Below, in pieces: positions 17,912 through 26,913 of a stretch of DNA of 64,000 bases. Numbering within the stretch: position 1 is the stretch's first letter; each line of letters opens with the position of its first letter. The stretch is from a virus: the IMG/VR virus record IMGVR_UViG_3300035670_000108, positions 1 through 64,000 of that record, one strand, 5' to 3'. The notes beneath the pieces were generated by a model. The model had not been told where the DNA came from. It saw only the letters and a program-made list of their open reading frames with translations, and did not search any database. A program made the translations under genes and the position numbers.

Positions 17912-18943
17912 TCAAACCGCAACAGGAGCAGCGATTTTCCCCCAGGGTTGGTATCCCTTGAGGACCACCTCGTCCACCTCGACGGTGTGCAAGGAGTGGT
18001 CGCGGACGGTTGCCGGGACCCAGAGCTGGCCGTAGGACATCGCTGGGACCTCCAGGCCGGTGGCCATGCCGTTCATCGCATCGAAGCGCAGCAGCTGCTC
18101 CTCGGCTGCGTCCACCTGGTTCTCGTACAGGTGGTAGTCACCGAACTGCATCACCAGGTTGGCTGGCATCATGTCTTCGACTTGGGTGCACAGCAGGTGC
18201 GCCAGCAGGGCGTAGCTGGCGATGTTGAACGGGACGCCCAGCATCCAGTCCGCCGACCGCTGATCGACACGCAGATGCAGGCCGCGGCGGGGCACGTCGT
18301 AGCGATCCAGCACGTCCTTCAGCGAGGCAGCGCTCACCTTGTGCAGATCCGCCAGCACCTCGGCAGGTACCCAGCCTTGGGCGCGCTCCAGGCGCTGCAG
18401 ATCGGTCAGCGGCTCGACGTACACCTGGAACAGCATGTGGCACGGTGCCAGGGCTTGGCGGCCCATGGTGGCGTTCTCCTGCGGTGACAGCTGCGGGAGC
18501 GGTAGCGCCGCCGGGTTCCAGGCCGAGACGATCATCCGGCGGCACATGGGATTGGTGCGCAGGGTGTTGATCATGGCGTAGAGCTGGTCGATGAAACCGT
18601 TCTCCGTCGGCCAATTGCGCCACTGGTAGCCGTAGACCGGCCCCAACTCGCCCTGCTCGTTGGCCCACTCGTCCCAGATGCGGCAGCCGTTCTCCTTCAG
18701 GAAGGCGATGTTGGTCTCGCCGCGGATGAACCACAGCAGCTCGGCGACTACCGACTTCCAGTGCACCGTCTTGCTGACCAGGGTGGGGAAGTAGTTGGCG
18801 AACAGCGGCACGTCCAGCTGGAGGCCGAAGCCCCCAACCGTGCGCACCCCGGTACGATTGCCCCGCCAGTTGCCCGCCTTCGCCAACAGCGTCAGCTCGT
18901 GCAGCACGGTCAGGTATTTTTTCTCCCAGGAGCGGACTTCCAT
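17912..18943 (-). CDS. thyA: thymidylate synthase
   Basis: RTG, ELLWF, IWDEWA, GPVYGYQWR, LAPCH, QRSAD..LGVPFN, GDYHLYENQ; internal insertion. Confidence 0.96.
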   Translation of the reverse strand: MEVRSWEKKYLTVLHELTLLAKAGNWRGNRTGVRTVGGFGLQLDVPLFANYFPTLVSKTVHWKSVVAELLWFIRGETNIAFLKENGCRIWDEWANEQGELGPVYGYQWRNWPTENGFIDQLYAMINTLRTNPMCRRMIVSAWNPAALPLPQLSPQENATMGRQALAPCHMLFQVYVEPLTDLQRLERAQGWVPAEVLADLHKVSAASLKDVLDRYDVPRRGLHLRVDQRSADWMLGVPFNIASYALLAHLLCTQVEDMMPANLVMQFGDYHLYENQVDAAEEQLLRFDAMNGMATGLEVPAMSYGQLWVPATVRDHSLHTVEVDEVVLKGYQPWGKIAAPVAV

Positions 18944-19368
18944 TACTCGAGCACCTCGGGGGTGAAGTTGATGGCGCTGGCTTTCACCAGCGGGTGTTCC
19001 GGCTCGCCACGGCACGACCAGCGGACAAGGAGGGGGTCGACCTCGAAGTCCAGGGTCAGGTCCGGCTTGAGGGGCAGGTAGGCCGCGTAGGCCTCACAGT
19101 CCACGTAGAGCGCGGGGTTGTCGTCGATATGGCCCACCTTGAAGGCCAGCCGGCCGAAGTCGCGGCTGCGGGCCATGCGGTTGGCGAAGAACTGCTGGTT
19201 GCGCCACCAGACCTTCTCGGTCATCGACATGTCGCTGGCGATCTCGCCAGCTTCCTGTGCGGCGATCGCCTCGCTCAACTCCTGAGCGCCTATACGCTGC
19301 GCTCTGATGTCGGCGATGTTGACCACCTTGCCCGCCAGCTCTGGCGGGAGGTTATGGGTCTTTTGCAT
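18943..19368 (-). CDS. hypothetical protein
   Basis: GGAG SD; TAATG coupling to thyA. Confidence 0.7.
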   Translation of the reverse strand: MQKTHNLPPELAGKVVNIADIRAQRIGAQELSEAIAAQEAGEIASDMSMTEKVWWRNQQFFANRMARSRDFGRLAFKVGHIDDNPALYVDCEAYAAYLPLKPDLTLDFEVDPLLVRWSCRGEPEHPLVKASAINFTPEVLE

Positions 19369-19381
19369 GGGGTGTCTCCGG

Positions 19382-20017
19382 TTACTGGGGCTGCGCCTCA
19401 CCGCCGAGAGCTTCACGCTCGGCGTCCAGGTCGCGGTTGAGGGCGGCGGCCTGGTCGAACAGGCCACCCTTGTAGCGCTTGCACAGCTTGCGCACGTTGC
19501 GGTAGATGACGTTGCCTTCCATGACGTTGGCGGCGTGCTCAGCCAGGGCGGTGTAGAAGCGGTCGTCGCCCAGCTCTTCGATCAGGTTGACCACGTCGAC
19601 GTCGGCCTTATCGCTGATCAGGTCGATCAGGATGGGCGCCAGCTCCATAGCCTCGGTGATCTTGCCGAGCAAGGCGTGGATCAGCAGCAGGCGGGCGCGG
19701 TTCTCGTCCGTCAGTTCCTTGCCGGCGGCGATGCGGGAGCCGGCACCGCGTATCAGCGGGTGCAAGGGGTGGTAGTTGGCCGGCGGGTTGATGCGCAGCT
19801 TGTCGCCGTAGGTCATGGCCCGCTTGAAGTGGTCCAGCTCCAGGCTGGCTGGGGTCAGGCGGTGAAGCGCCTCTACCAGGCCTCCCATGACGGCGTCACT
19901 GAGGTTGTAGGTCTCCGGCGGGCTGGTCAGCGCCAGCACGAAGTCGCGGTAAGCCAGCGGGCTCTGGGCGCAGTATTCGGCCAGCTGGTCTTGTTGCTCT
20001 GGGGTTTGCTCGCTCAT
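19382..20017 (-). CDS. MazG-like nucleotide pyrophosphohydrolase
   Basis: EAME...EELGD acidic helices, then N..KL.KRY. Confidence 0.7.
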   Translation of the reverse strand: MSEQTPEQQDQLAEYCAQSPLAYRDFVLALTSPPETYNLSDAVMGGLVEALHRLTPASLELDHFKRAMTYGDKLRINPPANYHPLHPLIRGAGSRIAAGKELTDENRARLLLIHALLGKITEAMELAPILIDLISDKADVDVVNLIEELGDDRFYTALAEHAANVMEGNVIYRNVRKLCKRYKGGLFDQAAALNRDLDAEREALGGEAQPQ

Positions 20018-20457
20018 GTCGTTTCCTTGGTGCGGGGGATGAAGGTCTGGCGCAGGTGCGCCAGCATAAGGCGGGCACGGCTCTCGGCTTCGGTGGTGCC
20101 GTAGTCCTCGAAGTCGTACTCGTAGATGGGGCGGAGGACCCCATTTTCTTCGCCGCAGACGACCCACGAAGTGTCGCTCTTCACCGCGCTGAAGCCGGTG
20201 AAAACGTGCAGATTCATGGCCTCGTCGGCGTGCAGATACGACCAGTCCGGCGGGTTGCCGCCGGTGACCTCCAGCAGGCGGATCTGCATGCTCAGGTTGG
20301 AGCGCTCGGTGGCATCGGCACGGTTGCCGACGGTCACCAGGGTGCGCGCCAGAAATTTGCCCACCCGCTTGAGGTCGGAACTGCCCAGTCGGTCGAGCAG
20401 ATCGGGGTTGCGGATGATCTCTTCGAGCTTGTCTGGGTCCTGGTCGATATGCGTCAT
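20014..20457 (-). CDS. hypothetical protein
   Basis: ATGA-coupled on both sides. Confidence 0.7.
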   Translation of the reverse strand: MTHIDQDPDKLEEIIRNPDLLDRLGSSDLKRVGKFLARTLVTVGNRADATERSNLSMQIRLLEVTGGNPPDWSYLHADEAMNLHVFTGFSAVKSDTSWVVCGEENGVLRPIYEYDFEDYGTTEAESRARLMLAHLRQTFIPRTKETT

Positions 20458-20954
20458 AGCAGGTTCACCGTCCTGATGGCTTCGTTGTACATGTCGGCGC
20501 AGTGGTTGCTGGGTACCGACTGGCGGAACAAGGGGAGGCGTTCCTCCGGCTTGGCCCGGCGCAGCAGCTGCACCAGCTCCTCGCTGCAGTTCAGCAGCCA
20601 GGCTGCCTCGTCGCACCCCAGCAGGCGCTCGTCGGGGTGCCCGGCCTGCAGGAAGCTCGGGTGCATACCCTGCTCGTCGATGCCCAGCAGGGCTCCGCGG
20701 GCCACCAGGTTGACACCGTTCCGATTGATGTGGCGCAGGAACGCCGGCATCTCCCCGGTCGCGCAGCAGCTGTCTCCGGCCGAGACCAGGTCGAAGTGCT
20801 GGATGACCCGCCCCTTGTTGATCTCTGAGTAGATCTGCAGCTCGCCGCCCATGTTGGGCGGTAGCCACTCGCGGACTATCCGCCGCGCCCACTCCGGGAT
20901 CATCTCCTGCAGCTCGTCGGTGGGGATCACCGTCACTGCGATGCGATTTTCCAT
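20454..20954 (-). CDS. hypothetical protein
   Basis: GAGG SD; operon packing. Confidence 0.7.
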   Translation of the reverse strand: MENRIAVTVIPTDELQEMIPEWARRIVREWLPPNMGGELQIYSEINKGRVIQHFDLVSAGDSCCATGEMPAFLRHINRNGVNLVARGALLGIDEQGMHPSFLQAGHPDERLLGCDEAAWLLNCSEELVQLLRRAKPEERLPLFRQSVPSNHCADMYNEAIRTVNLL

Positions 20955-20961
20955 AGCTGCC

Positions 20962-21219
20962 TCACATTTTCGACCGGCCGTGCGGCGCGGTCAGCAGGTC
21001 TACGTTGATAGGGAAGCAGGCCTTACAGTCCACGCACACCCGGCGCTCGTCAGGCGGAGCAGAGTGAAAGGTGACCGTGACGTGCGCCGCCCCGGTCACC
21101 CGGCAGATGCCGGGCTTGCGGTCGTGTATGTTGGCCTGCCGTAGCTGCTCTTCCCAGTAGGCCAGCTGTTGTCGATGGTGGGAGACCATCGACTCAGCCA
21201 GGGAGAGGCTAGCGCTCAC
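20962..21219 (-). CDS. hypothetical protein with Cys/His cluster
   Basis: Operon packing; CVDC motif. Confidence 0.55.
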   Translation of the reverse strand: MSASLSLAESMVSHHRQQLAYWEEQLRQANIHDRKPGICRVTGAAHVTVTFHSAPPDERRVCVDCKACFPINVDLLTAPHGRSKM

Positions 21220-21949
21220 GTTTGAGGCTCAGGTGGAACAACCCGTCGATCAGCTCGCCGAGGCGCCCCTCGCGGTTTTGCCGCAGGGAGCCGCGGACGT
21301 GCTCGAAAAGGTTGTCCTTGCCCAGGTGGTGGTCGTTGATGATCGGGATGTCCTCTGCCCCTTCCGGCAGCCGGGTCTCGGTCGCCTCGTTGACCTGGGC
21401 ATTCTCCGGGGCGTTCTGGCCGTAGATCTGGAACACCACCGAGTCGGCCTGCAGCAGCGGCCAGATGCGTCCTGGACGGGTGACAGCCTGGGCTTCCAGG
21501 GTCTTGGTCAGCAGGATGGCCAGGTCCCCAGGCAGGCCATGGAAGGCCTGCAGCTCGTCCTGCTTGCGCAGATCCGGAACCAGCACCACCACCTTGTAGT
21601 AGCCGTCGGTGATGGCCTGGGCCACCTCGGTCAACAAGGAGTGGCGCCACAGCTTGATCCAGCACCCCTTGTCGAACTGGCGGAAGCCCTCGCCGATGGC
21701 GACCATTGCCTGGCGCACGGACAGGCCGCCCAACTCAGGGCGGGGGCTCTCCTTCTCTTCCTTCGACATGTGGCTGTTCGCCTGCGGCACTAGGCTACGC
21801 ACCATCTCGTAGATCGGCTCGGCGAAGCGGCCAGTCAGGCGGTAGGTGTCTTTGCCGAGCAGCTGGTCGAGCGCCTTGCACACCGAATCCTTACCGCTGA
21901 ACGCCGGGCCATGGGCCGCGACGAACAGCACCTGTGCTTTCAGGGTCAT
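21209..21949 (-). CDS. deoxynucleoside monophosphate kinase
   Basis: GPAFSGKD P-loop, FAEPI, R..MV.IGE.FR, DLR...E, .TE motifs. Confidence 0.8.
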   Translation of the reverse strand: MTLKAQVLFVAAHGPAFSGKDSVCKALDQLLGKDTYRLTGRFAEPIYEMVRSLVPQANSHMSKEEKESPRPELGGLSVRQAMVAIGEGFRQFDKGCWIKLWRHSLLTEVAQAITDGYYKVVVLVPDLRKQDELQAFHGLPGDLAILLTKTLEAQAVTRPGRIWPLLQADSVVFQIYGQNAPENAQVNEATETRLPEGAEDIPIINDHHLGKDNLFEHVRGSLRQNREGRLGELIDGLFHLSLKRER

Positions 21950-22338
21950 ACCGTTACTCCTTTGAGACGGTAGTAGTCGAGCCGGTTGGCCTTCATGGTG
22001 TCCAGCTCGTGGATGGGGAGGTTCTTCAGCTGCGAGCGCGTGAGGAACACGTAGGGCGACAGCATCGTCTTACCTGCCAGGGCTTCCTGGACGTGTGGCG
22101 GCACCGTCATCTTCAGGGTGGTCTGCGGCGGCACCGTGACGGAGGCGTTGACGCTGAAGTCGTGGCGCTTGCGCGCGGCCTTCTGGGTCGGCATCAGGTA
22201 GGCGAAGCCCAGATCCACCGCATCGCCGCGGTAGAGGGTCTTGAACATCGCCTGGCGCGCTTTCAGCCATACCGCATTGGCCTGCTCCACGGTGATGCCC
22301 AGCTCCTCGGCGAGCTGCACGACGGCCTTCTCACTCAT
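21946..22338 (-). CDS. divergent HU/IHF-like DNA-binding protein
   Basis: LAEELGIT...GDAVDLGF...KAARKRHDF...VTVPP HU-fold pattern. Confidence 0.65.
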   Translation of the reverse strand: MSEKAVVQLAEELGITVEQANAVWLKARQAMFKTLYRGDAVDLGFAYLMPTQKAARKRHDFSVNASVTVPPQTTLKMTVPPHVQEALAGKTMLSPYVFLTRSQLKNLPIHELDTMKANRLDYYRLKGVTV

Positions 22339-22678
22339 GCTCGTAGTCCTCGACGGTGGCCATGATGTCCGCCCAGTCCAGGCGGTGCACCGGCTTGTTC
22401 TCATGGAACATGCCAGGGACGGCGACGCCGGCCGTGGCGGTCTTGGTCAGCACGATCTCGCCCACCTGAATCGGGGCGGCGCGGTGGCGGCCGGTGGGGC
22501 GCCCCACGGAGATCACTTTAGCGTAGCGCGTCTCCTTGATGTCGTTGACCTTCAGGATGCGGTTTGCCTCCGGGTCAGGCACATGCACAACTAGGGCTTC
22601 GTTCGGCATCGCGGTGATGGTGGTGTCGTGGTTCTGGCCACGGCCGACTTGGGCGGTACCGGATTGAGCTTGAGACAT
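22331..22678 (-). CDS. groES: GroES-like co-chaperonin
   Basis: AKVISVG.P...IQVGEIV....AG......DIMATVE pattern. Confidence 0.75.
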   Translation of the reverse strand: MSQAQSGTAQVGRGQNHDTTITAMPNEALVVHVPDPEANRILKVNDIKETRYAKVISVGRPTGRHRAAPIQVGEIVLTKTATAGVAVPGMFHENKPVHRLDWADIMATVEDYEHE

Positions 22679-22681
22679 GGG

Positions 22682-23539
22682 TTACTCCTTGGATGAAGCC
22701 AGGCCATCGCCTGGCGAGTGGGCAAATTGCAGGTAGGCGAGGTCTTGCATCACGGGTTCGAGGTGCACTTCGTCGCGGTTGTCGCGGGACCACAAGGGGA
22801 GGCCGAGGACGATGTCGGCCATCTGCCCGCGCTTCTTCAGCTCGGTGGCCAGCCACGGGGTCACCAGGTGGATCTGCTGGGCGGTCATGTCCAGCGAGGA
22901 GCAGTGGTCTTCGGCCTCCTCCTCCTCGTCGATCACCACCAGATCCAGGCCGAGGTCGCGGGAGATGTCCTTCAGGGAGTCGGCGTCCCAGAGCATGGCC
23001 ATCATCTCGCGCACAGCAGGCTCCAGGCCGAGGGGCGTGGTCAGCCCCACCGCCTTGCCGGCCTTGACGCGCTCCTCCCAGCCCTTGCGGAACTTCTCCT
23101 TGGCAATGTTCATCCACTCGGCCCACTCCGGGGTGGTGGCATGCGACCAGGTGATCAGCAGCTCGCCCCAGCCAGCCGGGTCCAGCTTGAGCTTGATCCG
23201 GACCAGGTCGTCGAAGGCGTTGGTCAGCGGCTCGCCGTCGCCGCCGACGATCTCCTGCACCAGCAGCTCCAGGCGCAGATCCTCGAGGGTGCCGTTGACC
23301 TGGGCCATGTGGAAGGAGAAGTCCAGCATGCCGATGCGCTTGCCTGGGCTGAGCCAGCCGGCGTGGCTGGTGAAGCGGCCCCATACCTCGTCGTTCTCCA
23401 GGTGGAAGCGGACGAGGTCGGTGATGTCGCTGATGACGTGGCTGTCGGCCAAGGCATGGCTGGCCTCGACCAGAGCCTTCAGGCCGTAGGGCGTCTGTAC
23501 TGCAGCCGCGCGAGGCGGCCCCTTCTGGGCGGTTTTCAC
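22682..23539 (-). CDS. hypothetical protein
   Basis: 285-aa ORF with phage codon bias, GTGA-coupled. Confidence 0.75.
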   Translation of the reverse strand: MKTAQKGPPRAAAVQTPYGLKALVEASHALADSHVISDITDLVRFHLENDEVWGRFTSHAGWLSPGKRIGMLDFSFHMAQVNGTLEDLRLELLVQEIVGGDGEPLTNAFDDLVRIKLKLDPAGWGELLITWSHATTPEWAEWMNIAKEKFRKGWEERVKAGKAVGLTTPLGLEPAVREMMAMLWDADSLKDISRDLGLDLVVIDEEEEAEDHCSSLDMTAQQIHLVTPWLATELKKRGQMADIVLGLPLWSRDNRDEVHLEPVMQDLAYLQFAHSPGDGLASSKE

Positions 23540-24645
23540 TCGTTCCGTTCCTTCACGCTGCGAGCGTGGCGGGCGCGCTCTTCATCGAGCTGCTGGGTGG
23601 GGATGTACTCGACGTTGTCGAAGCCCCACGGCTTGGTGGTGTTGATCCGGCGCAGGCTGTAATAGACGCCGTACTGGGCCTCCAGATCTGCCGCCTTGTT
23701 CAGCATGTGCATGGCGTCCTGCGGGGTCAGCGCGCGGATGCCGGCCGAGTTCTCGCTCTTCGAGGAGATGTTGTAGCAGTAGGAACTCGGCTTGAGCAGG
23801 CGGTAACCCAGCGGCTTGCCCTGCCCCTGCAGGCGCTTGCTGAGCGGCAAGGAGGAGCCCTGCCGGCCGCGCTCGGCGATGGCGTCGCCTGGCTTCACGA
23901 TGCGCAGGATGTCGCGCACACCGTCGACCGTGCCGGTCTCGGCTTCCAGCGGGTAGCGTTGCTCGTCGCGCACGCTGACGTCGAAGCCCTGCAGGATCTC
24001 GGATACGGCGGCGGCACGCGGCAGCACGCGGATACCTTCCTGGATCTGTGCCCGGGTGGGCATCCGGCGGCGGTTGGTCAAGGTGCGGCGGTCGAGCAGG
24101 TGCTCCAGCGTCAGGAGCCGGCGCAGCAGATCTGGGATCTGCTCCAGCCCGTTCACCCAGGCGCGCAGCTGGCCCATGCTGGAGACGTTGTTGCCGAGCA
24201 GCTTCCACAGGCGGTGGCCTGGGTAGCCCAGCGCCAGGAAGAAGTGACGCTGCTCCAGGCTGTCCAGCCAGCCGCGGGTCACGCGAGCGCTGTCTGCGGC
24301 CTTGGGCATGTGGTTCTTGAAGCGCTCCGCGCTGATGGCAGTCAGCGTCCTCAGCGCGGGATCTTCCAGCACGCTGTCCACGGCCTCCAGCAAAGCCTGC
24401 TGGTCGACCTGCACGTCCACCCCTGCCGGCATGGCGCCGATGGGGTCGGTAGGGGGTTCCAGCAGCTGGTGGGGGCCTTCGCTGTCGTCCTGCTCGGCGC
24501 GCTCTTCTTCGTCGAGATCGTCGTCGTCGTCGTCAGGGGTATCTTCATTGCCACCGAAGGAGAAGGTCTTCACCTTCTTTTCATCTGGCTTGCCCTGGTC
24601 TTCCTGCAAACCAAGGTCTGGGAAGTCGTCAATACCTGAGCCCAT
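23536..24645 (-). CDS. hypothetical protein with acidic N-terminus
   Basis: 369-aa ORF downstream of a promoter. Confidence 0.75.
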   Translation of the reverse strand: MGSGIDDFPDLGLQEDQGKPDEKKVKTFSFGGNEDTPDDDDDDLDEEERAEQDDSEGPHQLLEPPTDPIGAMPAGVDVQVDQQALLEAVDSVLEDPALRTLTAISAERFKNHMPKAADSARVTRGWLDSLEQRHFFLALGYPGHRLWKLLGNNVSSMGQLRAWVNGLEQIPDLLRRLLTLEHLLDRRTLTNRRRMPTRAQIQEGIRVLPRAAAVSEILQGFDVSVRDEQRYPLEAETGTVDGVRDILRIVKPGDAIAERGRQGSSLPLSKRLQGQGKPLGYRLLKPSSYCYNISSKSENSAGIRALTPQDAMHMLNKAADLEAQYGVYYSLRRINTTKPWGFDNVEYIPTQQLDEERARHARSVKERNE

Positions 24646-24681
24646 GTCAATTCACCACGCATAGGTTTAATAGGGAGTCGA

Positions 24682-24710
24682 AGGTTACTCTAGTAGCTAC
24701 TAAGGTGCAA
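24682..24710 (-). promoter_or_regulatory. sigma-70 promoter with palindrome in the spacer
   Basis: TTGCAC-N17-TAACCT; perfect palindrome TAGTAGCTACTA at 24691-24702. Confidence 0.55.
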
Positions 24711-24721
24711 TTCAACCCATG

Positions 24722-24745
24722 AAAAAGCCCGCCGATCGGCGGGCT
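24722..24745 (-). terminator. intrinsic terminator after HU gene
   Basis: AGCCCGCCGATCGGCGGGCT hairpin followed by a T-tract on the minus strand. Confidence 0.8.
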
Positions 24746-24761
24746 CTCACTTACATCTGGA

Positions 24762-25034
24762 TCAGTTCAGGCGGTCAGCGGTGATCTTCGAGGCTTTGAA
24801 GGCCAGGAGGCGCTGGGCCGGGATCTGGATCGGCGAGCCGTTGGAGGGGTTACGACCCTGGCGGGCCGCGCGATCCTTCGGCTTGAAGGTGCCGAACTTG
24901 TGCAGGAGGGTCTCCTGACCCTCGGCGGCGCGGTCCAGTACCAGGTCAGTCAGGGCGTTCAGCACCTTACCAGCAGCGGCCTTGGTGACACCGGCTTCCT
25001 CGGCCAGGTGCGCAACGATCTCTTCTTTGTTCAT
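24762..25034 (-). CDS. HU family DNA-binding protein
   Basis: MNKEEIV...FGTF...RAARQGRNP.NG.PIQIPA....FKAS. Confidence 0.95.
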   Translation of the reverse strand: MNKEEIVAHLAEEAGVTKAAAGKVLNALTDLVLDRAAEGQETLLHKFGTFKPKDRAARQGRNPSNGSPIQIPAQRLLAFKASKITADRLN

Positions 25035-25092
25035 CGACAGTATCCTTGGGGTTAATCAGGTATTCCAACAGGAGCTAGGAATATAGCAGGGT

Positions 25093-25302
25093 TTATGGGT
25101 TTTGTTGCACGTCTTTTTTGGCAAGTGCCCGGTCTTCTCGGCGCAGGATAGACAACGCATTCTCCTGCGCGCGGCGGTCGCCCGAGTTGCCGCTGATGGT
25201 CACCGGAGCGCAGCCCTTCTTGGTCAGCACCAGGTTGCCCTTGCGGGTCCGTCTGCCGACCTTCCAGCCGTGGGCTTCGACGTACTCGGAGACCTTCTGC
25301 AT
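25093..25302 (-). CDS. HicA-like dsRBD-fold protein (alternative TTG start at 25317)
   Basis: GW.V.RRTRKGNLVL.K.G...VTI...SGD.RA pattern; usual catalytic His is Asn. Confidence 0.5.
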   Translation of the reverse strand: MQKVSEYVEAHGWKVGRRTRKGNLVLTKKGCAPVTISGNSGDRRAQENALSILRREDRALAKKDVQQNP

Positions 25303-25313
25303 GGACTTGCCGA

Positions 25314-25967
25314 TCAAGGGGTGGTCTCCACCTTCAGGGTGAAGAACGGCGTGCCGTCTTCGCGGGCGCCAGGCTGCACGATCAGCTCGCAGCCCTTCGG
25401 CAGCTTTTCCCGCAGCTCGCCGAACACCGTGGCCAGGTGCTGGTTGATCACGGCCTGGGCCTTCACCAGCTGGAAGATGGTCACTTCGTCGCCAAGCCTC
25501 AGGCTGCCGCGGATCGCTGCGTCGGCCTCGGCCTTCACCTCGGCGGCGGTAGCCGAATAGACCTCGTCCATGAAGGCGTATTCCTTCTGCAGCTGGTCGC
25601 GGCAGAAGGCGTCGATCATCTCCTTCAGCGCGGTTCCCCACTCGACGTCCGACAGGCCATCCTTGCGGAACCAGAGCATCATCGAGAAGTTCAGCCAGTC
25701 GATCGGGTCACCCTTGGGCAGGTGAGCCAGAAGCTGGCCCAGCAGCTCCAGCACGTTGGTGCGCTCAGGGTCGTTCCAGCCTTTTCGCCCCTTCGCCTGG
25801 GACAGGGCCAGCTTCTGCATCATCCCGCCTGCGGCCTGCAGGACCCCGTCGATGTCAACAGAGCGCTGCAGCGCTTCTTCGCCTTCGTATCCGACCATCT
25901 GCGCCTGGCGGCGCAGCTCGGCCAGACTTTCGGCGAGGTGAGGTAGCACTTTCTTCACAGTCATCAT
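25314..25967 (-). CDS. hypothetical protein
   Basis: GGAG SD; KGR.GW...KGDPID..NF.MMLW motif seen in phage proteins. Confidence 0.75.
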   Translation of the reverse strand: MMTVKKVLPHLAESLAELRRQAQMVGYEGEEALQRSVDIDGVLQAAGGMMQKLALSQAKGRKGWNDPERTNVLELLGQLLAHLPKGDPIDWLNFSMMLWFRKDGLSDVEWGTALKEMIDAFCRDQLQKEYAFMDEVYSATAAEVKAEADAAIRGSLRLGDEVTIFQLVKAQAVINQHLATVFGELREKLPKGCELIVQPGAREDGTPFFTLKVETTP

Positions 25968-25980
25968 CGTCTCCTGGCGG

Positions 25981-26190
25981 TCAGGCGACCGCCTCCAGTT
26001 CAGCTTCCAAAGCCCACAGCGGCACGTTGGCCTTGACGAATGCCTCAGCCATGCCTGGCGGTACCGAGTTGCCCACCATGCGCACCTGGTCGCCGCCGGC
26101 CGTGCGAGAGCCGGGGCAGGTGGTCAGGGCTTCCAGGGACCAGGATCGTATGCCGTCGAGCTTGCTGGTGGTGCTGATGCGGATTGTCAT
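25981..26190 (-). pseudogene. chimeric deletion remnant: GP88-like N-terminus fused to C5 DNA methyltransferase C-terminus
   Basis: TSKLDGIRSWSL.AL.TCPGS joined directly to QVRMVGNSVPP..AEA.V.AN (MTase motif X). Confidence 0.65.
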
Positions 26191-26348
26191 TGTTCTGGCC
26201 CGTACTTGCGCTCACCGCAGGCGCAGCGATAGACGCCCCGGCGGGTGATCGAGATCGAGCGGAGGGTCTGGGTTTTGGTGGTCACGTTCTTCACGAACAC
26301 CCATTTGTGGCGCTTGCCCTTGGTGCAGGGCTGGACTTTAAGGGACAT
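26187..26348 (-). CDS. small basic Cys/His protein (53 aa, not in ORF track)
   Basis: AAGGAG SD; MSLKVQPCTKGKRHKW...YRCACGERKYGPEQ; ATGA coupling. Confidence 0.65.
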   Translation of the reverse strand: MSLKVQPCTKGKRHKWVFVKNVTTKTQTLRSISITRRGVYRCACGERKYGPEQ

Positions 26349-26351
26349 CGG

Positions 26352-26690
26352 TCACTCCTTGGCTTTGTCGATTTCGGTTTGCAGCAGGGTCTGCACGGCT
26401 ATGCGGGTGGTCCCCTCGCGTAGCTCCGGGTTCAGCTGCTGGGCGAACTTCACCAGCAGCTCCTCCACCTCGGTGACGTGGAACAGGCCGACGTTGCGCT
26501 TCAGCATCTTGGCCAGGTCGTAGTCGACCGTCTTGGCGGGGACGGTGCCGATCACCATGGAGATGAACTCCTGGCCCTTCGGCGGCTTGAAGCTCACCTG
26601 CAGGTAGTTGCCGTTGTCGCCGCGGCTGAGCTTGTTGAAGGTGGTCGAATAGGTGCAGTCGCCCAGCGACAGAGTTTGCGGGGTGCTCAT
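26352..26690 (-). CDS. hypothetical protein
   Basis: Operon packing, codon bias. Confidence 0.75.
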   Translation of the reverse strand: MSTPQTLSLGDCTYSTTFNKLSRGDNGNYLQVSFKPPKGQEFISMVIGTVPAKTVDYDLAKMLKRNVGLFHVTEVEELLVKFAQQLNPELREGTTRIAVQTLLQTEIDKAKE

Positions 26691-26692
26691 GA

Positions 26693-26911
26693 CTATGCCC
26701 TCGGGTGGTGGAGGTGGTTGAACAGGCGCCGCCAGAAATAGCTGCGCACGATGCTGATGGCGGTGAACAGGGCCACGATCTGCATGTTGTCGTTGAGACT
26801 GGCGTGCAGACCGTAGAGCGGGAAGATGACCAGCTGGGCAATCACCGAGATGATGTAGCCGGTCAGGGTGTTGAGGAACGTCTCCAGGATCGACTGCCAG
26901 CGGGTCTGCAT
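26693..26911 (-). CDS. small two-TM membrane protein
   Basis: MQTR.QS.LE...N...G...S...R.Y..RR.FN pattern common in phages. Confidence 0.75.
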   Translation of the reverse strand: MQTRWQSILETFLNTLTGYIISVIAQLVIFPLYGLHASLNDNMQIVALFTAISIVRSYFWRRLFNHLHHPRA

Positions 26912-26913
26912 GG

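Noticed and set aside
17912-18943. ThyA as a base-modifying hydroxymethylase
   Set aside because: It retains the dUMP-specifying Asn (GVPFN) and standard ThyA motifs, and no modification enzymes are adjacent.
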